DNA of 63,824 nucleotides, filler included, from Choristocarpus tenellus KU-1152 (lineage: Eukaryota > Protista > Phaeophyceae), in the NCBI GenBank assembly GCA_964200185.2. It is 15 parts of 15 records of this genome, joined end to end, with 100 filler letters (N's around TTAATTAATTAA, not from the genome) between each part and the next. Parts side by side here need not be neighbours in the genome. Positions count along the whole stretch, not along the records: positions 1 to 6,301 come from CAXNAD020008438.1; positions 6,402 to 9,744 come from CAXNAD020020678.1; positions 9,845 to 12,741 come from CAXNAD020023819.1; positions 12,842 to 15,399 come from CAXNAD020026788.1; 11 more parts are not named here. One strand, 5' to 3'. The notes under the pieces are model-generated. The model made no database searches. It worked only from the letters and a program-made list of their open reading frames with translations, and was not told where the DNA came from. Each line of letters starts with the position of its first letter. The first letter of the stretch is position 1. Position numbers and translations under genes: made by a program. Positions 1-13,074 of this stretch are shown piece by piece.

Positions 1-550
1 GCGTGTTTAGCCTTTGACGGGTATGTATCCTGGCGGCGTATTTAGCCTTTTGACGGATGTGACCTCGGCGAGATTTGCAATACGAAATGTCTCAAGACTA
101 CACCGTCAATAGAACAAAAAAGACCCAACATCAGGGCAAAAATCCTTTAACTCATTTAATCTTAAAGCATCCACATAACACCAAATAACACCAAAAATGT
201 TTCCACAAAGAGCACTGCAAGGAGAGTCCATAGTGTATGCATAGATCAGTCACTGCTACAATGCTGGTTAAGTGTAATAATACCTAATCAAGTAGAGCAG
301 AAGTGTGAGCATTACCGCCCACAACATCCACATTCGTGGCAGTATTTGGGAAAATTACTATGGGGAGCTCACACGTTTTATACCACCCTTCACAGGACCA
401 CGGTGAAGTTATAACTCCAGTCGCTTCATATCACCCCCATCAACTGAATATGTAAGACTCATATAAGGGCCTAAGTCAGCCAACTCCTTTCCCCTATTCA
501 CGCTCATTCAGCGAAAGAATAGGGTAGCCCCAAAAAGCGTACCATATAGA

Positions 551-812
551 GAGTGAAAGTATCTTAGAGGGTACGAATTTTGCCCTGTTTGTCCATTTGG
601 GGGGCTTGACTTACCTTGGTTATTTTTTATGACATTTTCCTACCCTGAAGTATTTCGGAGCAGGAATAATATATACGTTATGAAACGTTGTTTCCGCACA
701 AAGCTTATTGACACTTCCTAACATACACGATAGCCAAATTTACATCGAAACTGCAACATTGGATTTTGACCCACAAATTGACGCGGCTCTACCCTCTAAG
801 ATAATTTGGCAA
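551..812 (+). mobile_element. ~260-bp MITE, family A; right end eroded
   Basis: Starts GAGTGAAAGTATCTTAGAGGGTACG and is collinear with the copies at 7615 and 48569; inverted terminus TACCCTCTAAGATA; no clean TSD. Confidence 0.85.
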
Positions 813-1130
813 AGATTTCCAAGAAATTCAAGGGCCACCAATAGTGTAGGCATAGATAATGTCACTGCTACAATGCTAGTTCAATGTAATACAAAAGCAA
901 GCAATGAAGCAGTGTGAGCAATATTGCCTACACCATAAACATTTGTAGCAGTATTTAAGCAAAATAACTGTGGGATGGTCACTGATACCACACAACTTTA
1001 CACAGGAGACAGGAAAAGGGATAATGTTAATCAGGTCTTTATATCAACCCAACATACAAGATTCTACACAAAGGTCTAAGTTCTTACCCTCCCTTCATCT
1101 ATAAGTGCATAAGGTCAAGATGGAAAATTC

Positions 1131-1388
1131 TAAACAAAGTATCTTAGATGGTAGAACTGCGTCAATTTGGGAACAAAATTCAATTTTGGAATTTTGATGT
1201 AATTTTGGCTATAATGATTGTTTCGAGATGTCATTACACTTGTTTCGGAAACATCTTTTCATAACGTACAAATTAGACCTACTCCGGAACATTTCGTAGT
1301 AGGTAAAATGTCATCATAAATCAATACGAAGCCAACCACCAAATAAACACACAGGTACAAAACACTATCTTCTAATATATATTTACCC
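1131..1388 (-). mobile_element. Older, diverged family-A MITE copy in the opposite orientation
   Basis: Collinear over its full length with 59280-59538, with many substitutions. Confidence 0.75.
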
Positions 1389-1575
1389 ATAGCATCAAAA
1401 TCCATTAAAAACGATTTCCAACCACTGCCAGGAACATCCATAGTGTAGGCACACATGCTATCACTGCTACGGGGCTGGCTCAGTGCAATACCAAAGCAAG
1501 CAATGCAGCAGCGTGAGCATTTATGCCGACACCATCCACACTCGTCGCAGTGCTTGACCAAAATCCCTGTGGGAA

Positions 1576-1819
1576 GCTCACCGGTACTATACCACGCCAC
1601 ACGAGGCTCTGATGAAGGACCAACCCAAGACACTCCATACCATAACAACAATCGACAAATACGTACAAGACCCTAACAAAGGACTCAGTTCTTGCGCTCA
1701 CCGGTACTATACCACGCCACACGAGGCTCTGATGAAGGACCAACCCAAGACACTCCATACCATAACAACAATCGACAAATACGTACAAGACCCTAACAAA
1801 GGACTCAGTTCTCGCGCTC
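1576..1819. repeat. Near-perfect 120-bp direct tandem duplication
   Basis: 1576-1695 is repeated at 1696-1815 (GCTCACCGGTACTATACC...GGACTCAGTTCT). Confidence 0.95.
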
Positions 1820-4812
1820 CATCCCTCCATCCACGCTCATGATGAAGCCGTGGGATAATACCCAAGAGCTCCACACGAAGATGCAGTTTATTGTTAGATG
1901 GTGTAACTGGTTTGAAGTTGACAGAATTTCCGTTTAAAAAGTAATTTTTTGTGGTACGGTGTGTTTGGAAAGTTTTGTTTCTCTGCAGATTTCAAACTGA
2001 ATGTAACAAACATATTGACAAGCTATTTTTTTTTAGATAAAATATTATTAGGTAAGTAGTATGTAGGTTCAATCTTTTTTGGGGGGGAATTTATATATTT
2101 ATTTTTGTTAGTACTTAGTCCTGTTTTTTGGAGACTTCATTTATCCATTTCTAAGGTCTTTTGTTTTAGATGCATATGATCGAGAATATTTCTATTCTAA
2201 AATATGTAATCTACATGGTGATCATATCAAATCAACCTAAATGTTCTGTAAATATCACAGAATTGAACACACCAATGAGATTATGTACTTTGAAAATGTC
2301 AGTGTCATGTCTTAGTGCAAAGGTATTGAGCCACTGTTGGTAAACATAGACTTCTATTGTGAGATTATTTTAGACATTATATATGATCTGGATTCGAGGG
2401 TGATTGACCTACGCCGGAAGGAAATATGCCAAGAAACTGACAGGTGCAAATGTTGAGAATTGAACATATAAGATGTAATGGATGTATCGCATGATAATAA
2501 TAGCTTGTTTTGTAGCATGTCCAAAGCACAGCATAAAAGAGAGGATTATCTACATAAGAGGTGGTTGTGTGTTTGATATCTGGAAAAAGTATCTACGAAA
2601 TGCACGCCAGAGGCTCTGAGAGTGTAGTATCTTAGGTACTTGAACTGAAACTTAACCTGCACTGTCCCAAGCACATCTCAACAGATGGACACTTACTTCT
2701 TCACTGTTTGCTAAATGTTGCTTTTCTTGTGGTCCTATCTTTTATGGATGAACGTTTCACCATTTCTCCAATTGGTATTTTCTTGGAAATGGGGGTGGAT
2801 TATATTCGGTTTGCTTGGAAGTTTTCCGTTTGTTTTCTCTTATATTTTAAAGATCCTGGCAATTGTTGAGACTAATTCAAGAAAGTTCTACCTGAATAAT
2901 TGCATATTAAATCATCATACATTAAATTCTTCTGGGTACCGTCTATAGCCACATTGAGTTATTATTCGCCTGTGTTCTACTGTCGATGGTAGAGTGATGT
3001 TAGAAGTCTCAGGAAGAACCGAGTACCATAAAATCAAACATATGCGTAAAATTATTATAGGAAGTACACCACCCAACTGGCACAGAATGAGACTAGGAAT
3101 GGTTTATAGTTACTCCAAACCTGTATGTAACAAATTCTATATATTTTTTAATATCCTAAGAGGGAGCCGCTGTTGTATAACAAGGAATCTCAAGAACTAC
3201 CAAGGATGGAGAAACTTTAATTGAGACCTGGTTCAAGAGCTGTCCAGGGGGCATGCGAAACTGCTGAAAAAAGACGTAAATCGGTGCACACCAATCCTAA
3301 AACATGGACAAACTTCTATAAACTTGTGTCACACAGCACAGCGATGAGTATTCAACATTAGTTTTCAGTGATATGAATATTACCATGACTGCAAGAAAGG
3401 ATTGAATTTTTGACTGTGTGCCCAATATACAAGAAAGGTGTTATTCTGGGCACATGAAGCAGTTGAAACTGTACGTTCTTGATTTAAAATAGTTCCAACT
3501 TGAATCTTTTCAACTAGAAAATGATCAAGTACTTCTGGAGCAGGGTGTGAACTGAACATCATGTTTGTCATACAGGAAATGATCAAGTTTAACGGATTGC
3601 AAATGAGCCTTGCCATGTTCTTCATCTTTGTACCAACGATAAAGTGTTGGGATCAATTCCCTAATTTGTACAAAGTATCTTCCACAAAAAAGTGGGGCAA
3701 GAGTGGATTCTTAATTTTCGTCAAATTGTATGCTAAGATCTATTCTTTAGTACACAACATATGTCATCACCAATGCAGAGTGCGAATAATTGATTCAACT
3801 GACGTACAACAGGGTGGACCTTATACTAACCCTCTAGTACTGTGACCAGTTGGTTACCAGATTAAGGGGGGTTGCTTTAGAGCATGTGGAAAAGGCAGTG
3901 CACTAGTACAAGTATACATCCATCACAATATATCACTATTTCTTTGGTGATCTCTGCTAATACTCACCGCGAGTATGATAAGTCTCCTCCAGGACGTCAG
4001 TGTAGCACATCTCCGTCAGACACGACTTTAAGTCTCATTGGCGAAGAGTACATCAGCATAGCCATTAGATTTAGTCCTACTCCTTTCTCGTGAGTTAGGC
4101 CCAACTCCAACGTTCCTTTGAGTTACTTGAGGATCTGGGTCACAGCTCTCCAGTGGACACGACTTGGAGCATGTGAGTGACGGGTTACAGGCTCATTTAT
4201 TGTATACGAACGGATATTGGAATTTATTCCATTAAGCATGATGTTTTGGGGTTGTAGGAATGCCCCTTCTACTTGGTAATAATCACTCTACAAGATATGG
4301 TTATCCTTCTGTGTTCCTCTTCTATCCATACATGAGCCGGGGGATACTTCAACACCTACCCTGATCCCAATTACAAAAGAGTATACACGAAGCGGAGCAT
4401 TGAGGAAACAACAGACCAAAGATGTGCATTGAGTGCTTGTTTCTTTGCTGTGCTCGATTCTCCTCACCTTCCTATCTGATTTTCCATTGGACTGTTATGT
4501 GACACCAAGATCGACCCACCCATGTCTCTGTCTTCCCATTCCCATCACAGAAGTATGAAAATGACACTCTGGTCGTATGTGAGATGTACAAAAAAGGGGA
4601 TTTGGACACCTTCGGAGGCGGATTCAGATGTTTCCCATTTCCTATTTTTGAATTTCCTAACAAAGACCCCCATGATGGGATGATCGCGCCATACACTTGT
4701 CTCCTAAAACAAAAAAGCAGCAGACACATCCAACTTCCAGTCGCGTATATCACCGGTCTGGACCCAAGTGCAACTATCTCTAGTTCCATACGCCTACCAC
4801 GTAGTGAAGGTC

Positions 4813-5838
4813 ATGTCGGTTACAGACAAAGAACTGTCAGCATCCTTCTCCCTCATTGGCGTGAATGGGGTCAAAACTGAGGTCGTCAAGCTATGTGAGT
4901 TAAAACCTACATCCCATACCCAGGCGAGTGACTGTCTTGGAAAATTCAGATGTTTGATAGTACTTTTGCTACCATGCAGGATCATGGACAGTTTGTCTCT
5001 TCCAAAGGAAAGGCGTGTTCCCTTGGTCAATTCGGTCTTGGCATAAAGCAACCTGTACTCTTCCTTCTCAGTTTGATCCAAGACACAATGCCCAACTCTC
5101 GTCATCTCTTTCCTAGGCCTAGTATTGTGCCAGCGTTACAGCCTTACGGCGGCGGACCTCGTAAATCACTGGGAGTCCTTTGCTGTGAATAATCATGGCA
5201 GCAAGCTCAACGTTGCTGTACTTCCAGATTTCGAGGCTGAAATCTCCAGGACAGTTTCGTCTGCTTCCTCAGTCTCGGCACGCAATGCCTCCCCTTCTAA
5301 AGCAATTGTAACCCCACGCTCTGCAGATAGGAGGTAAGACTGCACCCCCACCCACCGTCGTCGTTCTTGTAGTAGGAGGATAGGTTCTCTTATCTCCATG
5401 ACTGACTTTGCCAGCCCCGTATGATCGGTCCCTCCGACCGGTTTTTCCCCACACTATACTTGAGCGAAATGATATCACAATACACGATAAAGTAGATGAT
5501 TGGATATCTCTTTGCCCAGCCTTTGCCAGACACGCTGATCTCACTCCATGTGTATTCCATAACATTGAAGTACGTTCAAAATATCGCCCACCCTTAATCC
5601 ACTGTGTCCTACTTACACCAATTTCCAAAACAAGGACTGTGAGCAAGATTACCGCAAACGATCTCCGCTCCCCATCCTCCACGGGAAATAAGCGGTCAAG
5701 TGCATCGTTTGCCAGCCCTTCTACTTCTGCCACCAAGATGCAGAAAGTGGGTGCTGCATCTTTCCTGTCCCCAACTTCAGTTCAGTCACCTCCAGACACC
5801 TCCGCGATCTATGCTACCCGCTCAAATGCTGGGCACAA
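4813..5838 (+). CDS. POLA2: DNA polymerase alpha subunit B, N-terminal part (3' end off contig); exons 4813-4894, 5117-5333, 5635-5838
   Basis: GT-AG, phase-compatible splicing gives MSVTDKELSASFSLIG...KLCLVLCQRYSLTAADLVNHWESF, a Ser/Pro/Thr-rich linker, then YATRSNAG. This resembles the Pol alpha B N-terminus (LC..Y.L...DL...WE.F; Y..R.N.G). Confidence 0.8.
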
Positions 5839-6301
5839 GTGAGAAAAGAATGATGGAGAGGTGGAAGGTTCACTTTACATCGCATTGAGTTCCTCTTCCT
5901 GCTATCTGTTCTCCAGAATTCGCTTGCTTGTAAAATTCTTTTCGAGAAACATCAAAATGTTGCAACTTAGGTGTGAGGCTCATTGCCTATTCTCCATGCT
6001 CCCCCCACCCTCAATTGCTTGAAACGTGGTTGGATTTAGACCTTAGCCCCTCACCATCCATCCTCTATATCAATATGTGACCAGCATGTCTTCTTCCCTC
6101 CTACTATCCTCGCCCCACCCCCCCCAATCCTTCCCGTTTTTGAGATATCCCTCTTTACCAAACACAATCCCCAAACTCCCCCCCTGCCCCCACGCCCTTA
6201 CTGTGATATTATTTCCAGGACAGTGGAGTATAACCCCGTTCTTGGTCTGCGCAGGACAGCTCCAGTCCCACACCACCGATTGGCTACACAATGCAAGATT
6301 A

Positions 6302-6401
6302 NNNNNNNNNNNNNNNNNNNNNNNNNNNNNNNNNNNNNNNNNNNNTTAATTAATTAANNNNNNNNNNNNNNNNNNNNNNNNNNNNNNNNNNNNNNNNNNN
6401 N
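6302..6401. other. Artificial contig-joining linker (N44-TTAATTAATTAA-N44); 14 copies in the window
   Basis: Identical 100-nt spacers with stops in all six frames at 6302, 9745, 12742, 15400, 18880, 28063, 31041, 34016, 37208, 41660, 48390, 53432, 56628 and 59614. Confidence 0.98.
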
Positions 6402-6450
6402 CCCCCCAGATACTTTGACCCTCAAAACCGCTCCTCCCACCCAATCTCAG

Positions 6451-8302
6451 CGCAGTAGCCATCGGACAGGCCCTTGGTGTTGGCTGCAACAAGTCGCTTG
6501 TGACTCTCAAGCTCGACTACAACCTCTCACTCGGGAGTGAGGGAGTAGCGGCCCTTTGTCGAGGCCTTCGTACAAACTCAAGCCTCAAGCAACTGCACCT
6601 TCCCTACTGCAGCCTGGGGGGTGACAGTGGAGCCCCTCTCGGAGAGATGTTGTCATCCACCCACCTTCAACTCGCTGTGCTTAATTTGCAGGTAATGGAC
6701 CTGAGCGCAATCCCCCACAAACAGCTCTTATCTCAGGCAGTGCTGCCTACAAACGGAGCAGTAACTGACTATGTTCAATTTTGACCACCTGATTCCCTGA
6801 CCAAAGATCCCTGATGCAGAAAAAAGGTATATATCGCCACTGCTTTGATGCGGCCGGTGCTCCAACCCTAACCCTAACCCTAGAATAGAGTACAACGTTA
6901 AAGCACAGCATTGCCTCGGAGGTAAAATGAGCATGTGTCTTGAGTGTTTGCAAAGTAATTTGGATAACATCACCTTCACCTGACATTTGCTACTTATTGA
7001 GACAAGTACTGCACTAGAGAGCTCTGGTGTAGCCGCTTCAAGCGACTACAAAGTGCCCAAGACTACTGAATGAGTTGAAGTAAACGAGAGGTACCCAGAG
7101 TTGCGTTTTTAAAAGGGACGGTGACAAGTATGTGCAAAATTTTCCTCTTTCTGTATACAAATGAGTCTAAGAATACTTCCTGAATTGCGTCCAAAACTTT
7201 CAAACGAGAGAGGAAATCGATGCTCTCGAGTCAGGCTTAGCACACCCCATCAACAGAAATATGGGTGAATTACGAAAAATATATATATATATATGAAAAA
7301 CTGGCTCAAAATGAAAAACGGTCCAAGCCTGGGGAACCTCTTGTTGACTTTGGATCAAATCGAGTCTCTTTTTGTTGTGCTTTGGTTTTGAACTGCTTGA
7401 GATCTCTTTTCCACTGTTAGCACCTTCTTCTCTTCTGTAACACATCCTAATGATCACACTTAGGGCAGCCAAAAGATTGTTCGTTCTCGCCTCTTACAGT
7501 CCTGTCTAACACTACTCCTTCAAAGTATTTTAGTACACTATCCCAACTAGCCCCTTAGAGTTGAGGCAGTCTGTACACCGCTGCCACCTTCAGTTTCTAA
7601 CCCCTACACAACCAGAGAAAAAGTATCTTAGAGGGTACGATTATTGCCCTGTTTGTCCATTTGGGGCTTGGCTTTCCATGGGGTTTTTTATGACATTTTC
7701 CTACTCCAGAAATTTTAGGATTAGGTAAAGTGCATGTGTTATGAAAAGGTGTGTCCGGAACATGGATATTGACACTTCCTAGCAAACACCATAGCCCAAA
7801 TTACATAAAAATCGCAACATCGGATTTTGGTCCCCAAATGGACACGGCTCTACCCTCTGAGATACTTTGCCTCACCATGCTTCCGCCCAGAACGTAAAGC
7901 CTATCCACCCCCACCTCCACGTTAAATTAGCCCGACCCCACAAAAAAAAATATGTTTTGGTGGTTCTGCACATAGTATACCCCTCTCCAGACACCCCGTC
8001 AGCTTCCAGTCCTGCCACCTTCCTTCCTCCCCATGTCAATACCATCACTGCTCACACTACCGGGTGGGCACTAATATCCTGGCCGTTAGGGGAACCGCCT
8101 GGAGGCCGAGGGTGTGAAAGGAATCTCCCCAGGGCTGGCAAGAAACCGGTCCCTTGTCTATCTATCCCTGGCTGACAATGGTGTCGGGGCGGCAGATGTG
8201 GACGTGGCGGCTCTTGAGGACTTCCGTGTTGCCATGATGAGTTGTCCCACCCTCACACACATCGACCTCCTGTACAACCGTATAGGAGTGCATGGTGCCC
8301 AG
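6451..8302 (+). CDS. RNI-like leucine-rich-repeat protein (internal exons 6451-6691 and 8090-8302)
   Basis: Spliced translation shows repeated LxxLxLxxN motifs: SLVTLKLDYNLSLGSEGVAALCRGLRTNSSLKQLHLPYC, LAVLNLQ|GNRLEAEG, SLVYLSLADNGVG, TLTHIDLLYNRIG. Confidence 0.85.
7072..7356 (+). mobile_element. Diverged MITE, family C (outer termini shared with family A)
   Basis: GAGTTGAAGTAAACGAGAGG...CCTCTTGTTGACTTTGGATC; flanks GAAT/AAAT; homologous to 17095-17358 and ~8755-8990. Confidence 0.6.
7615..7873 (+). mobile_element. 259-bp family-A MITE with 4-bp TSD ACCA
   Basis: ACCA|GAGAAAAAGTATCTTAGAGGGTA...TACCCTCTGAGATACTTTGCCTC|ACCA, inside an LRR-gene intron. Confidence 0.92.
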
Positions 8303-8328
8303 GTACATGTTGGTTCATAGTGATGATG

Positions 8329-8331
<3 letters not shown>

Positions 8332-8401
<70 letters not shown>
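8332..8401. repeat. Compound (CT)n(GT)n microsatellite
   Basis: Directly visible. Confidence 0.97.
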
Positions 8402-8406
<5 letters not shown>

Positions 8407-11400
8407 ATGCTCTCTCTCTCTACTTTCTTGAGCGGGTGCTACTTGTGAGCCAAACAGACCGAAAGGTAGGCGGGACTGCAAGCACTTAAAAGGATCCCGA
8501 GAAAGGGCAAAGGGATGCCACTTTGTACAATGGCAGAAATAGCTGCCTGGTTGGGCATTGCACCTGCAGGATCGAAATTGCTACTGGTGCATAGTGTCAT
8601 TGTCCCCTCATGTTTATGTGCTGTTGCAGAGGGGGGATTCAGGGAAGCCCTTCCCACCGTTGGATGTACCAAGTGTGTACCTCTAAGGTGGCAACTTGTG
8701 AAGATGAAAACCGGCTCTAATCACAATATAAATGTGTGCACGCACGATCAACGCAAACGAGAGGTGTCCAGAGAGCTGCGTTTTAAGGATTTAGGATGCT
8801 GACAAGTATGTACAAAACTCAGATGCTGTTTTTTTTTGTCAAATGCATATATAGGGATGCTTTTTTTATTCTGTCGAAGAGACCCGAACGACAGAGAGAG
8901 GGAACCAACGCCCTTAGGTGAAAACCTCAGTGCTTACTTCATCCTCGTATAATATATAATAATAGGTGAATCGCTAAAGATTGTTTTTGTTTTTTTCTGT
9001 CTGTTTTCGGCCTATAGCAGAATGTTTTGGCTGGTGCTATACACTCTGCTTCAAAAGTACTTTGGAACTATGATAAACCTCGAGGGGTAGTAAGGCATAC
9101 TCTGAGTAGTAGTGGTAAATGGAGTGAATGAAAAAGATAGTGAGAAGAGCGATTATGCTTTCGAAGTATCTTCATATCGATTGAGCTGTTTGCGAATAGC
9201 TGTTTGCGGTGGCAAGGTGATCTCTACACTACGGGCATACGATCTGACTGCAGCATTAGTAAACGTTCTTAGGGGAGGAATAGACCATTCAGCATTCCCA
9301 AGCGAAATGTGGTACGAAGAGGGATGAGGGATGGGGAAGGGCGCGGGGGGGGGGCCAGGGAGGTTTTGGAGAGCAGAATCAGAGCAGTGGATTATTGCAC
9401 AGTTTAAGAGGGAATGCTTGATTAGTCAGTAGCAAGGGACTCTGAACATTGAGTTAGTGCTGTTCAGTCAATGGTCCCCTTCCCATGAACATGACACATG
9501 ACATATTGCACAAAACATTTGTGATATGTAGTATGTACTCTGCATGCATGCAATCTCTTGCCTAAGTCAGTGATGAGCGCCTAGCCTCCTCATGGTGTAC
9601 AAATGGACACAAACTTCAAGCATACATAGGATCAATCCAATCCCTCTCCTTGTGATCCTTCTTCGGTTCACATCCCCCTCCCACCCCCACCACCCCCCCC
9701 CCCCACCCCCCCCACCCCCCCCGCCCCCCGCCCCCCCCCGCCCCNNNNNNNNNNNNNNNNNNNNNNNNNNNNNNNNNNNNNNNNNNNNTTAATTAATTAA
9801 NNNNNNNNNNNNNNNNNNNNNNNNNNNNNNNNNNNNNNNNNNNNGGGGTCTACACCAGAGAGCCCATTTGGGACTCTGACCTAAATAACCACCTGTTCTC
9901 ATTGTACATCAATTCGCCATATCTCTTTTTTTATATTCTTTCTCTCATGATGAGATGGGAAAACAGTAGATTTCCTTAATCATCCCCCACAGTGCTGCAC
10001 ACTGGGCAACACGAGCTGTGACACCAAAGCAGGGGACTTTATATCTCCTACACAACCCAATGTGGGGTGCAATCATCATTGCTGGGGCAGTCACATCAGG
10101 GGGCCGCATTCATTAAATCATTATCAACATACTGTGTACCACTGCAATGAGTATGGAATAATGCATACAAGGGATTACACTGAAAACATGCATACGAGAT
10201 GGTGGCATGCGCATCATCTTAAACTCACCACATTTTGTGTGTCCATTTGGTCTTTCAGTAAACCCAAGGGTAAGCCCTGTTGGGACATGAGAAGCCGTTG
10301 AGTGAAAAACCCTCTGAGGATTGGTGATCAAAGGAAGTCGAGGGACATTTGGCAAGCATGGTGATCAGCAGTAAAGTCCAAAAAGTACGACTACAGAATA
10401 CTGTATTAAGTCAAATATCATCAAGATTCTAATGTGTTGAAGCCTTGCTCTTTTTTTCTCTGTGGAAGGCAGTGGTGGCAGTAGATACACCCTGTGACTT
10501 GCTGAAATAGACCTTGATCACATATCCTTGCATATTGCACTCACGGGTCTTTCATCTCTTCTTGATTCAAAGTTTTCTCATCCACTTGGTCTTCTCTTGC
10601 TCTACCTTTGATGCCCCCTTGTTCTTGGTCGGTCATTCCAATTCCAACCAAGGAATCTGAATTTGTGGTCTGTTGCTCTCTTGAAGGTAGTGGGGCCTCT
10701 GGAGACTCGGGGGCAGAGTATTTCAACCCGTTCCACATTTCATCTAAGGTAGAAGATCTCCCGTGCTGCCCACATTTGAATCAGGTTTATGTTGTGAGAA
10801 CGTATATTCAAGATGGACATGTGTATAGAAAAATAATCCAGCCGATTTACTCTACATAAAGTTCAATGGTGAACTTTCATACTGTGCCGTGACCTCACTC
10901 AATAAATTAGATACCCTATAAATCATTATTAATAATGAGGTCACACTATTACAGTCTGATCTAAATGGAGGCATGATCAAAAAAGGTGGCACAAGAAAAG
11001 AGAGCCACGGACAAGGAAAATGCATATCCTCTGTGCGGGCCAACAAATAAAACTAAAAAGGAATAAGGATAGAAAGTATGTGTACTCGGAGCAGTACTGA
11101 GTTCTGGTAGTACTTGGACTTGTGTCAAGGGCTACAGTCCATTTCAGAACAAGCTTCTAGGACAATCCTGGTGGTGTCCTGCAGACCTCGTCGCCAACAT
11201 AAAATCTTGGTGACTCTGTACAAATTTTCCTCAATTTTAAACAAATACCGGGACAATGGAGTATTGGTCATATATTCAGCGCATCAATTGTTAAAGAGAG
11301 TCCAGGTCTTGTATCTCCATCCTTGCACAACTCACCCCTTGTTGCAGTATCGCAATGCCTGCATGGTAGGGGGTCAATACTGCCTTGATGTGAGCGTGCT

Positions 11401-12592
11401 TGTCTTTGATGGGTGACGCTGCCCTGCTCCTGAACATTCTCGCTCCAGTGCTACCCACAACCCTCCTGAAACACGAGTGTATCCCATTAAATTGTGAATC
11501 GAGAGTCCAAACTTTCGGTGCAGTTATTGAGGTGCATTGCAAGTAATCTATCATTGCATAAAGCATGGACCTAGTCCGATGAGGAAGGTTAGACCCTTTC
11601 ACGCACCTTCGAGATGAATATTTTTTTATGTACATCTCTATTAGAGGCCCACCTCTTGGGGGCACCAGCAGTATGCGGACGTGGTGTTGATGCTCCCATT
11701 CCGAAGGTGTGCCTCCGACCAGTGTCACCACCAATCCCGCCCCAGTTGTGCTCAGGGTACAAATATGGACAATGAGTGGGCATGAGTGCAGGTGCTGAGA
11801 GAGGGCGTTCCTCCATTGGAGAGCTGAAGTGTAAGAAGTCCACCCCACCTCGGCCTCCTGGTGTGCTTAAAAGGTTACTAGAAGAAATGAAGAAAAGGAA
11901 GAGGGAGGGTGATGGGATACCGACTTCTTCGGTGCTTTTCGAGGCACTTGATCCCTTCTGCTCAAACAAAGGGACAACAGTACTACCATCATGGAGAGCC
12001 AGGGAAGGCGCGATGAACACTCGATCACATCGCACTGTGCGTCTCAGTCTTGTGGTCTCAGTCTCATGTATAGACCACCAGTAACTGTCGATATGGAGGC
12101 GTTCTTAACCGTGATGTTTTTGAAATCAATCAATACAAAACAAGAGCATAATATTACTTCTGACCAGTCCCAGCCTGTGGCATGAAGGCTCAACTCAACT
12201 ACGAGATCGCAGCCCCACTCTATACCCCGAGATTCTGTGTGCAACAACCACCCTGACCACCAGTTTGCCATGGTGGGAAGAAGGCCTGAACCTTTTGATG
12301 TCAAAAGTAAAAGTGTAGCACTTCGGGTTTACGGTAGAGCACAAAAAAAGGACCATGATGAGATGGGCCGAGTCAGTAAACAGGATGACAGGGTAAAGCA
12401 TAATGCTGCAACTGCCGGAAACGTGGGAAATGCAGGTTTCGTGGTGAAGTAAGCAACACATGTCAGCCTCTAGTCTAGGAGTACAAGAAGTAATATCATT
12501 TATTTGTAAATAGTTTTTACGTAGTTCGATTCTGTCAATAAAACCCTTCATTCTATATATATTAAATACATTTTTCTGTTTCTTACTATTAT

Positions 12593-12741
12593 AACAGCCG
12601 ATTTCAAAAATTGAGGATGGGCTTGACCCAAAATTGAATGGGATAAAGTGTCGATATGTTTTTTTTATTGTATTTCAAAAATTGAGGATGGAGCTTTTCA
12701 TTGAGGATGGGCTTGACCCAAAATTGACTGGGATAAAGTGT
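12593..12741. mobile_element. Family-D MITE fragment at contig end
   Basis: AACAGCCGATTTCAAAAATTGAGGATGG..., near-identical to 42266-42388, with an internal duplication. Confidence 0.8.
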
Positions 12742-13019
12742 NNNNNNNNNNNNNNNNNNNNNNNNNNNNNNNNNNNNNNNNNNNNTTAATTAATTAANNN
12801 NNNNNNNNNNNNNNNNNNNNNNNNNNNNNNNNNNNNNNNNNCCACTCCGCCAATAAACATATCCATACCACACAAAGCAAAATACTCTACTTGAGTAGCT
12901 CTCTTTAGCATACTCCCCCCTAACCCTAACCCAAAACAGTTACATAAACACAAGAGAAAAGAAAAAAGAAAACTGCAACACTAGAACAAAAAAAAGAAGC
13001 ACCGATTTGACTCTACTTG

Positions 13020-13063
13020 AGATTTGATTTGGTTTGATTTGGTTTGATTTGATTTGATTTGAT
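13020..13063. repeat. (GATTT/GGTTT)n pentanucleotide microsatellite
   Basis: Directly visible. Confidence 0.9.
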
Positions 13064-13074
13064 GAGATCCCTAC

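Larger units (their letters stand above)
229..1850. repeat. Diverged ~600-bp tandem repeat, 3 recognisable cores separated by MITE-homologous cassettes
   Basis: Core motif TAGTGT(A)(T/G)GCA...TCACTGCTAC...GTGAGCA...TGGG..G.TCAC recurs at 231, 842 and 1441 (periods 611 and 599). Confidence 0.8.

Noticed and set aside
2200-4300. Short ORFs upstream of POLA2
   Set aside because: Stop-riddled with no identifiable domain.
10000-12500. Multiple 60-185 aa ORFs
   Set aside because: No consistent splicing or motif; only a faint gag-like fragment (KILCWRRGLQDTTR). Probably decayed TE.
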